Source: Octopus vulgaris
Taxonomy: Eukaryota
NCBI GenBank assembly: GCA_951406725.2
Contig: OX597817.1
Coordinates: 100,316,001 to 100,380,000 of the forward strand
Direction: 5' to 3'
DNA: 64,000 nucleotides
In this document: piece by piece, positions 15,369-27,174 of the stretch
How positions within the stretch are numbered: the stretch's first letter is position 1
Layout: the number at the start of each line of letters is the position of its first letter
Program-made: the position numbers and the translations under genes
Notes under the pieces: model-generated
Database searches by the model: none
Told to the model about the DNA's origin: nothing
Seen by the model: only the letters and a program-made list of their open reading frames with translations

Positions 15369-15877
15369 TCTATATATATAAAACTCTAGTTGTGTGAGTG
15401 TCTGTCCCTTTCGATTTAGATTCCTAACTCCTCCCACATTTTGCGGTGCAGTTTAACCAAATTCGGGTATCTTATAGTCGTGATTCATATCGAGCCCGTC
15501 TGACTATTAGCGCGCGTCAACGATGAGTCTACGATTTAAAAAATAATTTAACATCATTTTTTATTCCATTTTAATGCATAAAATGCATCGTGTGTCGATG
15601 GCGGCGGAGTTGGCGTCCACGCTCACGCCTGCACCTGTTTGCTTCTCCCCCTTCTTCCCTCCCTCGTGAAGCTGTGGGGAAGGGAGTGTAAAGAAATCAA
15701 CGTCGTAATGCGTTGTGAAGGAAACCAGTGTTCTTTTAGAAGAACGACTTCATGGTTTGAAGACACCAAAGCAAAAATGGCTAAGAAAGCCCGAATTTAT
15801 AAGGGAAGTAACTCTCTAAAAATGCTTATATAGTTATTTCCCTTACAAACCTGAGCAACGCCGGGCGATACTGCTAG
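15369..15877 (+). mobile_element. Non-autonomous Helitron, full-length copy B
   Basis: A|TCTATATATATAAAA start, GC-rich subterminal hairpin remnant cctgagcaacgccgggc, CTAG|T end. Inserted at AT with no TSD. Confidence 0.85.
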
Positions 15878-16005
15878 TTATATTATAAAATAAGAGCTGG
15901 AAAATTACATCTAAAAATTATCACAGAAGATATACGTCCAAAATAATATTGTATTAATAGATGAATGTATATAGTATGATTATTACAATGCTTAAAAGTT
16001 TAAAA

Positions 16006-16100
16006 TATCTTACAATCGTTTCATGAATGTATTACCCTTTGAAATGAAATCTAAAATTGATAATCATTATTAGGTAATTCACCCACTCATCAGAGAGAAA
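16006..16100 (-). ncRNA. Type I minimal hammerhead ribozyme in PLE pseudo-LTR
   Basis: Minus strand reads tct-CTGATGA-gtgggtgaattacc...ggtaatacattcat-GAAA-cgattg-TA-aga: 14-bp imperfect stem II, short stem III. Confidence 0.7.
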
Positions 16101-17372
16101 GAGGGTAAATTTCTGTATAGTCAATCGAATGCTATTTAAAAATGTAGGGAAAAGATGTTGTTTAAAGATGTTAAAGATGTTGTTAAAAAAGTTAAAAGGA
16201 TTTTGTTTAAAAAGGTGGAGGGTATATCAGCCGAAACGTGTTAACAACAAACAAGATGATGACAAATATCCATCGAATGTAAATAATGCACATAATTCCT
16301 CATCTCTTAAATATAGAACTGAAATGCTTTTAACAAGCAACACGTAGTTTATGGTAACAATTTAACAATGTTAACAATTGCCGTAAAGGTAGTATAACAA
16401 ATTTAAACAACAAATTTAACCAATAAATCAAACTCTAGCTCACCAACCGCATGACAAAAATCAATGTGTGATCCATAAATGCAGAAAATAAAAGTAGTTA
16501 AATTTTTGCCTTTTATAGTTGTATATACAAAACTGGAAGATATTGTTATATTTTATGCAAATGTAAAAAATAGCCATTTACTGACCCAATATAGACTGTA
16601 ATATTTAAATTATTATATTTAAAATCAGTTTGTTGTTCCTTAGAGGTGTACAGGCTCACATTTCAAGAAGACATATTTCTGGCATTCATCCAATGAATAA
16701 TTTATATTCTGTGAATATGTGTATACTCAAAATAATTCAAATTTAATTTTCTTTTCTCTTACTTATAACAACCCTACTATTATTATGATACCACTATATG
16801 AAAAATAAGATATTAATGTGAATCTTTACTTGATGATCTCTTATAGTGTTTAAAAGCTTTATAAAACCTATGTGTACATGTGGATAATGCTTCCAATTGG
16901 CAATTAATTAAATTATTTTGTATATAAAATAATATGTATAGTGATTCTTTTGTACAAAGACGGCAGATAAAAGATTTATGTGTATGTGGTGTAGTTGAGT
17001 GAATGATTGACCAGGATAATTTATAGTTGGCACTTTTTTGTTTGAGTTTATGTATATATGTAGTCAGTGAAGTAGTGTTACTTGTTATATTCGGTTCAAG
17101 TGAATGTATATGTGCTATATATATATATACCATACTGTGTGAGTTACCAGTTTTTGTAACAGTGCATTTATATATCATGTTGAACCTTCTACATTTGTCT
17201 TCTAAAGAACATGATTTTTCATTTTTACATGTGCAATATTTAGTTGTACATTTCTGCTCTGTGGTATAATATTTAATACTGTTATGATTATTTGTTATGG
17301 TGTGTGGTGTTATATCTGAATTTGTTGTGGTATCATTTATAATAGAATTAGGTAAATTTACTGTTTCTTCAT

Positions 17373-17644
17373 TCATCATCATCATCATCGTTTAACGTCC
17401 GCTTTCCATGCTAGCATGGGTTGGACGGTTCAACTGGGGTCTGGGGAGCCCGAAGGCTGCACCAAGCCAGTCAGATCTGGCAGTGTTTCTACAGCTGGAT
17501 GCCCTTCCTAACGCCAACCACTCCGAGAGTGTAGTGGGTGATTTTATGTGCCACCGACACAGGTGCCAGACGAGGCTGGCGAACGACCACGCTCGGATGG
17601 TGTTTTTATGTGCCACCAACACAGGTGCCAGACGAGGCTGGCAT
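17373..17644 (-). mobile_element. RTE LINE 3' tail / LINE-tail element ending in (GAT)n, inserted in the PLE
   Basis: catcatcatcgtttaacgtccgctttccatgctagcatggg motif, with relatives near 21625, 24660-24855, 26840-27015 and 61885. Internal ~34-nt direct repeat gtgccacc.acacaggtgccagacgaggctggc occurs twice. Confidence 0.7.
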
Positions 17645-18213
17645 ATTTGAGATTCTAATAGATATACTGTTTATAATGCTATTAAGTAATGATATATGAT
17701 GGTTAGGATGAATGTTTGTATATTTGAGGTATTCATTAGGTTTATAGAAAGAATAAGTAGAGGCATTGAGGTCCAGAGTTACATCTAAGAAACTTGATTT
17801 ACAATAGCTTTCTTCAAAGGTAATAGATAAACCAAGATTTTTATAAAATTTATGGAGTTCTTCCCTCATTTTTCCTATTTTTCTTTTGGATTGGCCATTA
17901 TTGAAGAGAACAGAATTATGGGATTTATATTTACACACAGCCATTATAAATTACTGCAGAGGATTTTACCACGGATGTATATTATTTCTTCAAACTTTTT
18001 AGCACAAGATTGTACCAATGCACATCTATGCCAGTAACTTTTTAAACAACATCTTTTTCATATATTTTTAAATAGCATTCTACACGGAATGACTACATGG
18101 AAATTCACTCTCTTTCTCTGTGACGAGTGGATGTATTACCTAATAATGATTATCAATTTTAGATTTCATTTCAAATCGTAAAATATTTTAAACTTTTTAA
18201 ATAATCCTTTATA

Positions 18214-18570
18214 GGCACAGGAGTGGCTGTGTGGTAAGTAGCTTGTTTACCAACCACATGGTTCCGGGTTCAGTCCCACTGCGTGGCACCTTGGGCATGT
18301 GTCTTCTACTATAGCCTCGGGCCGACCAAAGCCTTGTGAGTAGGTTTGGTAGACGGAAACTGAAAGAATCCCGTCGTATATATGTATATATATGTGTGTC
18401 TGTGTTTGTCCCCCCAACATCGCTTGACAACCAATGCTGGTGTGTTTGGCAAAAGAGACTGATAGAATAAGTACTAGGCTTACAAAGAATAAGTCCTGGG
18501 GTCGATTTGTTCGACTAAAGGCGGTGCTCCAGCATGGCCACAGTCAAAATGACTGAAACAAGTAAAAGAG
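18214..18570 (+). mobile_element. tRNA-derived SINE (family 1), full length
   Basis: A box gtggctgtgtggtaag, B box ggttcagtccc, central (TA)n. Homologous copies at 22661-23049(-), ~34495-34858(-), ~52230-52500(+) and ~62420-62580(-). Confidence 0.88.
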
Positions 18571-18675
18571 TATGTATTTATACATCTATCTGTTAATACA
18601 ATATTATTTTGGACATATATCTTGTGATGATTTTTTGATATAATTTTCCTGCACTTATAATATAATATAATATCA

Positions 18676-21050
18676 CACCACACACACACAACCTACTTAC
18701 TCACTTGTACGCACACATACTTCCACACCTATACATACCCACGCGCACACACACACGCCTGTTCACACACACACACACACACATATGTATACACATCTAC
18801 GTACATACATTCACACATTTAATCACACATACATATATACATACATACACACACAAACAAACAAACATGCACATACATACACACATATACATACATACAC
18901 ACACATACATACATACATAATACATACACACATACATACATACATACGCACATACATACACACATACACACACACACACATTGTACATACATACTTTACA
19001 TACATACATGCACACATACACACATGCAGACACATACATACATACATACCTACACACGCACACGTTTACACGAATGCACGCACACATACATATATTTGTA
19101 TCCTGGCGCACCCCCTTTCTTTTGGGTTTAGGGGTTGATGGATCTTCGGTTCTCGTGGTGTGGGTGCTCGGGGGTCCGCGCGCGCGCTTCGGCACGGGCC
19201 TGGGGTGGGGTCGGCCCCATATGCGTGCGGTGTGTTGTTTGTGTGTTGTGTGTGTGGGCTTGCTTCGTGTGTGTGTGTACATACACACACACATGCATGC
19301 ATGCACGTGCGCACACCTACATACATACACGCACACACACTTACACACATACATACACACATACACACACACACATACCTACACACATACATACATACAC
19401 ACACATACATACATAAGACATACATACACACAGACATACACCCATACACTCACACACATATACACACACACCCACATATACATGCACACACACACATACA
19501 CACACACACGCACTTACATACATTCATACACACACACACTTACATACATTCATACCTTCACTCATACATACATACATACATACACACACACACAAACAAA
19601 CATACACACACACATACATACATACATACATACATACTATACACACACGCCTACACACATACACACACATACACATATACTTACACACATACATACGCAC
19701 ATGCATGCATGCATACATACACACGCATGCACGCATACACACACGCATGCACACATACATACATACACACATACATACTTACACACACACACATACATAC
19801 ATACATACACCCATACACATACACATATATACACACACATACTTACATACTCTCATACGGACACACATACACACAGACACACTCACACATACATACACAA
19901 ACACATACTTACACACACATGCATGACATACACCCATACACGCGCACACACATGCATGACATACACCCATACACTCACACTCACACCCACATATACATAC
20001 ACACACACGCATGCACACATACATACACACATACATACATACACACACACATACATACATACACACACACTTCCACACATACACACATACATACACTCAT
20101 ACACACATACACACTCACACACCCATACGGACACACATACACACAGACACACACTCACACATACATACACACACACTCGCATGCGCGCGCACACACATGC
20201 ATGCGCACGCTCGCGCACGCATACATACATGCATGCACGCACGCCTGTGGGTTCTGGCTATATCTCGGGTTCGTATCTGGGGCCGGCGCGTTCTGGGTTT
20301 CTCTTACGCCTGTCACCGCGGGAGTATTTTTCCATCATTCCTTCAGTTGCAAATTGTTTCCTTGCATGCATATATATATACACACACATAAACATATAAA
20401 CACACATATAATACCCCTACTTTTTGTACACACACGCACATACATACATACATTCACTCCCACGCACTCACACACACACATTTACATATATATATACAAT
20501 ACACGCACACACACTTACACACGTACAAACACACATGAATTCACATGCACACCGGCACATACACACATGCAACATATACCTCCACGCGCACGCACACATA
20601 CACATACGTACACACATATAAGCACAGACACACATACATACGCACACCAAAACATGCGCGCACACATGCACGCACACATACATACATGCACACAATTATA
20701 CATATACGCACATATAAGCACACACACACACCCACACATACACTCAGTTAAGCACAGTTACTCGCCATACACACAAAAAAACGCACATGTACACACACAT
20801 ACAACAACAAAACACACACACGGGACGTACACACGCATGCACATATTCCCCTTCTTCCTCCTTTTGCTTCTGACCTGTGACTCGCTACGACCACTAGCCT
20901 TCGCCCAACATACACACACATACACACACATGCACGCACTAATAAACACACACACCTGTCATCTCGCAGACCGTTACTACTGCTGCTTGCCGCTAGCCGT
21001 CGCCCAACATATACATACATGCACACACTCACACATACACCCTCTTCATC
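18676..21050. repeat. 2.4-kb compound (CA)/(CATA) microsatellite array
   Basis: Directly visible. It explains the long H/T/Y and C/V/M-rich ORFs. Confidence 0.95.
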
Positions 21051-21212
21051 TCACACACTGTGTTTTACCTTCCTTCTTTTTCCGCTCTCCTGTCTTTGAA
21101 AACCTGTCCCCTCTTGTCTACCACTTCCGCCTCTCAGTATGTTTACCTCGTGAAGACTACTCGCGTTTTTTTTCCCTCTGTCCTCCCACCTCGGGATCTT
21201 TCTTTCTCTTAT

Positions 21213-21247
21213 GTTTCCGATGAAGAGTTCCGCTCGAAACGTCATAC
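21213..21247 (+). ncRNA. Minimal hammerhead variant (CCGAUGAA core) in a PLE-type repeat end
   Basis: gttt-CCGATGAA-gag ttccg ctc-GAAA-cg-TC-atac, with palindromic ACGT stem III. Confidence 0.5.
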
Positions 21248-21343
21248 CCTCCTTCTTCCCTTTTTTCCTGAGCGCCTAATAATACTTTAATTGTTCCACC
21301 TCTTTGCATTGTTGTCTTTTTTGTTTTCTTGTTTGGATTAACT

Positions 21344-21377
<34 letters not shown>

Positions 21378-22539
21378 GCACACACACACACACACACACA
21401 TATATATGCATGTCTGTTTGTATGTGTGAGTGTATGTGTAAAAACATACATACACACATGCACACATGTATGTGTAAGGAATTGAAATTGTGAAGAATTT
21501 TGCCAGATAATTGATGAGGGATGAATGTGCCCATGTCCTTTGTGTGTTTTTTTCTTGTTTTCTGTATGTTCCTTCATCATCTTTCCATACTGTTTTTTCT
21601 AATAATATATACATATATATATATCATCTTTATCATCATTTAATGTCCATCTTCCATGCATGCACAGGTAGGACAGTTGACAGGAGCCGGCCAAGGCTAC
21701 TGTGTCTGTTTTAGGCAGGGATTTTACACCAACCACTCTGCAGAGTGGATTCAGTGCTTTTTACATGGCAATACTACAGGTGAAGTTAGTTTTGGCAAAA
21801 GTTTTACAGCTGGATGCCCTTCCAGATGCCAACCACATTACAGTGTGGACTGGATACTTTTAACATGGCAACAGCACTGGTAGGGTAACCAAGTAACTTA
21901 CAAAACAAGGAATTATGAGAGGGGTACAGCATTTGTGTCAGAGAATGAAAGTTAGTGTGACAAAGAGACAGAGAGACAGAAGCCACAACAAAGGGGGCAT
22001 TAGAGGAGGTGATCCAGTATCAAATGATGAAAGGTTAGAGTGTAACACAGAAACAGAGAGGCAGAAATAGATGCTATAGAGGAGGTACATGGTTACCCAG
22101 TAAAAGAGAGAGTGAGAGGTACAGAAAGAGGCCAGAAACAAGTATGCTGGTGTAAAGATGATACTTGGTTACCTAGTCAGAGGGAAAACAAGAGAAGGAG
22201 AGAGAGAGTGACCAAAGAGAAAGAGAAATAGTAGGAAACAGCAAAAGTGTAAGAGAGAGCAGAAGAGAGATAGTGTAGTGCTAGGGTATACTCACAAGTA
22301 ACAATAATATGAGCGTAGAACCTGGTTAGAAAAATAGGGAGTGGCTGTGGGTGGTGGGGTGTGATGGGAGCAGTGATACAGTGAGCACTGCAGTGAGGGC
22401 AAGAAAGGGGATTGGAAAACTATCATAATGTATGAGGCAGAAATGTGAGGAAGAGAAAAATGCAGTTAGAAGAGGAGTTGTAGTCTGATTTCTTAGGGTA
22501 GAGTGCATGAAAAATGTGTTGTTACACTTCTAGCACTCA

Positions 22540-23960
22540 GTTTCATAGATGGGTCTTCCCTACGACTTCATATCGCCAAACATCTTGGTCTACTGTCATT
22601 TCCTCAGTGAGCTCCAACATCCTAAGATCAGTCCTCACCACTTCATCTCATTTTATCCTTTTACTGGTTTCAGTCATTTGACTGTGGCCACGCTGGAGCA
22701 CTGCCTTTAGTCGAGCAAATCGACCCCAGGACTTATTCTTTGTAAGCCTAGTACTTATTCTATCAGTCTCTTTTGCTGAACCACTAAGTTACGTGGATGT
22801 AAACACACCAGCATTGGTTGTCAAGCGATGTTGGGGGGGACAAACACAGACATACATATATATATATATACATACATACATATATACGATGGGCTTCTTT
22901 CAGTTTCCGTCTACCAAATCCACTCACAAAGTTTTGGTCGGCCCGAGGCTATAGTAGAAGACACTTGCTCAAGATGCCACACAGTGGAACTGAATCCGGA
23001 AACATGTGGTTCATAAGCATGCTACTTACCACACAGCCACTCCTACGCCTATAAACCCATGTTTTCCTGGGTCTCCTCTTCCATGGGTACCATCCACTTT
23101 CAGTGACAGGCACTTCTGTATACAGCTGTCTTCACTCGTACACATCACATGTCCTAACCAATGTAAGCTCCTCTTTTGCATACCACATGTTATCCCTCTT
23201 ATGCCTAACTTTTCTCTCAAAACAGTTGTGTTTTGTTGGTCATGAACACTGATGTTGCAAGTCCAATGGAGCATACTGTCTTCATTCCTCTCCAGCCTAT
23301 GCATGTCCTCTGCAGTCAGAGCCCATGTCTCACTAGCATTAACGTAGCTGTTCTCTCACAAGCATCAGGCAACCTATCTTTCACTCTGAGAGAGTCCTTT
23401 TGCTGCCAACAGAGTTAGTAGTTCTCTGAACTTCCTCCACCCTATTCTTAATCTAGAAACAATACTTTCAGAACATCCACCACTGTTACTAATTTGGTCA
23501 CCTAAAAAGCAGAAACTATCTACTACCTCAAGAGAACCTCCTGGGTATTTGAGAGAATTTAAGTCCCCCATGCTCTTAGTACTTAATGTTGCTGCACATC
23601 TGCCACACACTAAAGCAACCTTGTCTGTTAACCTACCTGCAATTCCACTGCATCTCTTAAGCATCCATAGCTTACACTTGGTGCAGCAAATGGAATTACA
23701 TCCCACTCCTTTCCTACATATTGAACAAGGCCATTTGCCGGCCGGAATGAGAGTCTTATCTCCTTTCTTGCTAACAACAACTCTAGTCTTAGGTAAGTTA
23801 ACTTTAAGGCCATTTGGTTCCAGGTTTTGCTTCCAAACCCGGAACTTCTCCAATTCTGCAATAAGAGCAAGATCATCATCATATAGTAGTTCTCATGGGC
23901 ATCCAGTTTTGAATTCATCTGTTATGGCCTGGAGAACTATGATAAATAAGAGTGGTTCCC
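22540..23960 (-). mobile_element. RTE-like LINE ORF2 3' fragment, interrupted by a SINE
   Basis: ELLYDDDLAL, GLKVNLPKT, FCFLGD, LHWLGHV and RGDPGK (decayed RGRP.KTW) motifs, with frameshifts. Continues at 22540-22655 beyond the SINE. Confidence 0.88.
22661..23049 (-). mobile_element. tRNA-derived SINE (family 1) nested in RTE LINE
   Basis: Reverse complement of 18214-18570. LINE coding sequence resumes on both sides. Confidence 0.88.
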
Positions 23961-24861
23961 TTGTGTATAGTATATATGTATGTATATGTGTGTGTGTAGA
24001 ATTTTTATTGTGCTTAAATGCATGATATAAGAATTAGGGTTCAATATCCATGCTGTGTTAAACTCCTCCATTTTGCGATATTGTACACTCACTAAGTAAA
24101 AAGCTGCATATATTTGGTATTAGTCTATAATGTAGTGATGGGAGGAAAGAAAGAATTGGTTTTTTCTTTTTTTTTGAATCTGACACTATATTTGTTTCAA
24201 TAATTAAAAACTTTATATCTATAAAATCATTCTGTGAAATCTAGTTATGAAAATAAGTTCATCAGGACAAGGTAGTTTTATAAATACAAAGTAATAAAAT
24301 TTCTAAAACAAATGTAATGTTAGATTTAAAAAATCAATAGTTTATTTTGTCATTCTTTAAATTTTATGAGAAAGAAATTAGGTACAAGAGTGATTAGATG
24401 CTGACTGTGCTAGTTTGGTCATGTGATGTGGATGGATGCCGACACCGTCATAAGGAAGTGCTGATGGAACACATGGAAGTAAGAGATCCAGGAAGACATG
24501 GGACCAAGTACTGAAAAATGACCCCATGACACTGAACCTTTCAGGTAAGATGATGATGGACCAAGATGCCTGGTGCCTTGCTGTACTCAAGAAGACCCAT
24601 ACTCCACAGCAGAAGTGTTAAGGCGGTCCCTCTGGTGAAGAGGACTAGCTTACAAGAATCCTGTGTTAGTGCCATGTAAAAAGCACTTGCGCCAGTTCCT
24701 CATGCGGTGCCACATAAAAGCGCCCAGCACACTCTAAATGCCTGGCGTTAGAAAGGGCATCCAGCTGTAGAAACCATGCCAAATCAGACTGGAGCCTAGT
24801 GCAAACGATCCAATCTATACCTGGATGAACAACAGATGTTAAAAATGATGATGTTGTTGAT

Positions 24862-24909
<48 letters not shown>

Positions 24910-27174
24910 CATCATTTAACATAACATGATGATGATGATCCATTTTCTCTGTTGGCATGAATTAAAGGGTGTGACAGGAGCTGGCAAACTAGAGAACTAT
25001 GCCAGGTCTACTGTTTACTTTGGCATAATTTCTATAGCTGGGTGCTTTTAAGATGGCATCAGTACCAGTAAAATCACTATGTAACTTGCATGACAAAATC
25101 CCTCAGCTGGGTCAGGGAGGGTGTAGTATTGAGGGAGGTGGCTTTGTGCCAGGTGATGAGAAGTTAGAGTATGATAGAGGGATGTCTAGCAGTAGAAGAG
25201 ATAATGGCTACCTCAGTTGGAAAAGGAGGAGGAGAGAGAGAGAAAGGAGAGAATGGTGAAGGTGTGTTGGGGCACACCCTCAAGTTACAGGGAGGGGTAT
25301 ACAAATGAAGTGGTACAGGAGACTGGATAGGGTGAGTGAGGAAGGTAAGTTTGTGGAAGTGAGAGATGGTTGAGAGGTGAATGCAGTGAGTAAACATGGA
25401 GGGAGGGAGGGAGGTGAGTTAGAAAGATTAGTTGTTGGAGATAGAGACATACATGAATGACATTTGTGCACACACATATCATCCTCCTCCTCCTCATCAT
25501 CATCATTATTTAATGTCCAGTTTTCTATTGCCTGAATGAGTCAGATGGAGTTTGTTGCGGCAGATTTTCCATGGTCAAATGCCCTTTCTGTATATGTTTG
25601 TGTGTGTTTTAAATAATATGTATGACATGTGTGTATCTATTCAGTCAGGTATGTTTATATGTTTAATGTACATCCACATATATTTGTTTATTATTGTTTT
25701 ATGTCCTTAGGAGTGTGTGTTTGTTCATAAGCATATGTGATTGTAATTTTATGCTCATATAATACTTATTGAATATAGCAGTCCAAAGATCATGAGGAAG
25801 AGTAGTACACTCTTGAGTGGTCTATGTTAACCAATTCTTGATGCTGTAAGGCCTTTCTTCCTGCTTGTGCTTAATAGTTTCAAAGTGAGAGTCAATCTGC
25901 ATAATCTGATCCCACACTTTAGACTTGACAGTCTGATATCAGTAGATCAGTGAGCTAAGATGACTGCAATGGTCAGCAAGCTCTGAGTTTTAGATTGTTG
26001 TCACATTCTCCTAGGCGAGCTGCCTTAGAGGGCACTGGACTACCGGGGGGATTCCATTCCTTGGTTTGCTGTCAAGGTTGACCCCTTCTTAGCCTTTTCC
26101 TTTCAGAAGGTAGTGAGGGTTCGTGCTTAGCGTTTCTCCCATTCATACTAATTAACTCATAGCTGGGACCCTGACAAGTTCTACTACTACCTGTGTAGAA
26201 GAGTGGTTAAGAGGTAGTTCCACATTCCGCAACAACCTTGGAACTCCTGAACCAGAACACTGCTACTGGATGCAATTTAAAATTTAAGCCAGAACAAACT
26301 TATTGATAGATGTGTGTGTGTGTGTGCACATATAGTGGCACATTTGTTTATGTATGTGTGTATATGGGCATATTATATTGTCTTCTTTTACTTTATTTTA
26401 TTTTTAGGTATTTATTTACTCTTTTATCATACTGCTTATTGGGCAGATTATTTGAAGAAAATATGCATTATTCACATGACCTTGAAAGTTTTTTTTTCTA
26501 GAGCACTCCAGGGATAATTATATTTATCATTTGAATTGGTCTTTATAAATGAAGTTCCCCTAAGCAACTTCATAAATGCCAAAGCACAAAATTATAAATT
26601 CTGGTGATTAAATATAAAACCTCTCTCTCTGTATACACATACACATGTTTGTTTTGTATGTAAAACTATATATAAAAAGAAATATTAAATTGGTGAACCA
26701 CTCAATACTTTTCATCAGAGCACCGTATTTATTTTTTTTTTCTGAGGAAAGTTTGACTGTGCCTTGTAAGTTTTGACTTACCTGAAACTTCAAACTCCCT
26801 GTCAGCATTTTACTTGTAAAAAAAATTATGTGTGCGTGTGTGTGGCATATAAAAGCACCCATTACACTCTTAGAGTGGTTGGTGTTAGGAAGGTCATCCA
26901 GCCGTAGAAACCATGCCAAACCAGACTGGAGTCTGATGCAACCCCTCAGCTTACCAGCCCTGGTCAAACTGTGCAACCTATGCCAGCATGGACTATGGAT
27001 GTTAAATGATGATGATTGTTTGTGTTTGTATATGTTTATATATATATATATATATACACATAAACACACACACACACACATATAAAGTTGAATTTTCTTA
27101 TAAAGTATGTTAAGTATACTTCATAGTATATGGGCTGTATTAAGAAGTGCTCATTGTGAGCTAAATTGAAAGAT

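Larger units (their letters stand above)
15880..18670 (-). mobile_element. Penelope-like element (RT + GIY-YIG remnant) with inverted pseudo-LTRs
   Basis: RT thumb SFLDVTLDLN...YKPNE.LKY.NIHPNH, then endonuclease CTCKNEKSCSLEDKC...IYKCTV...YI...LSWSII...CRLCTKE. 15880-16170 is inverted relative to 18040-18670. An RTE tail and a SINE are nested inside. Confidence 0.82.

Noticed and set aside
17548-17642. Direct repeats with a spacer, superficially CRISPR-like
   Set aside because: Only two units, inside a eukaryotic LINE 3' tail, with no cas genes.
18214-18290. tRNA gene
   Set aside because: The A/B boxes belong to a SINE head. No full cloverleaf or terminator, and the sequence continues into the SINE body.
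18705-21223. Long ORFs (472 and 687 aa) rich in His/Thr/Tyr or Cys/Val/Met
   Set aside because: Translation artefacts of the (CA)/(CATA) microsatellite, which lacks stop codons.
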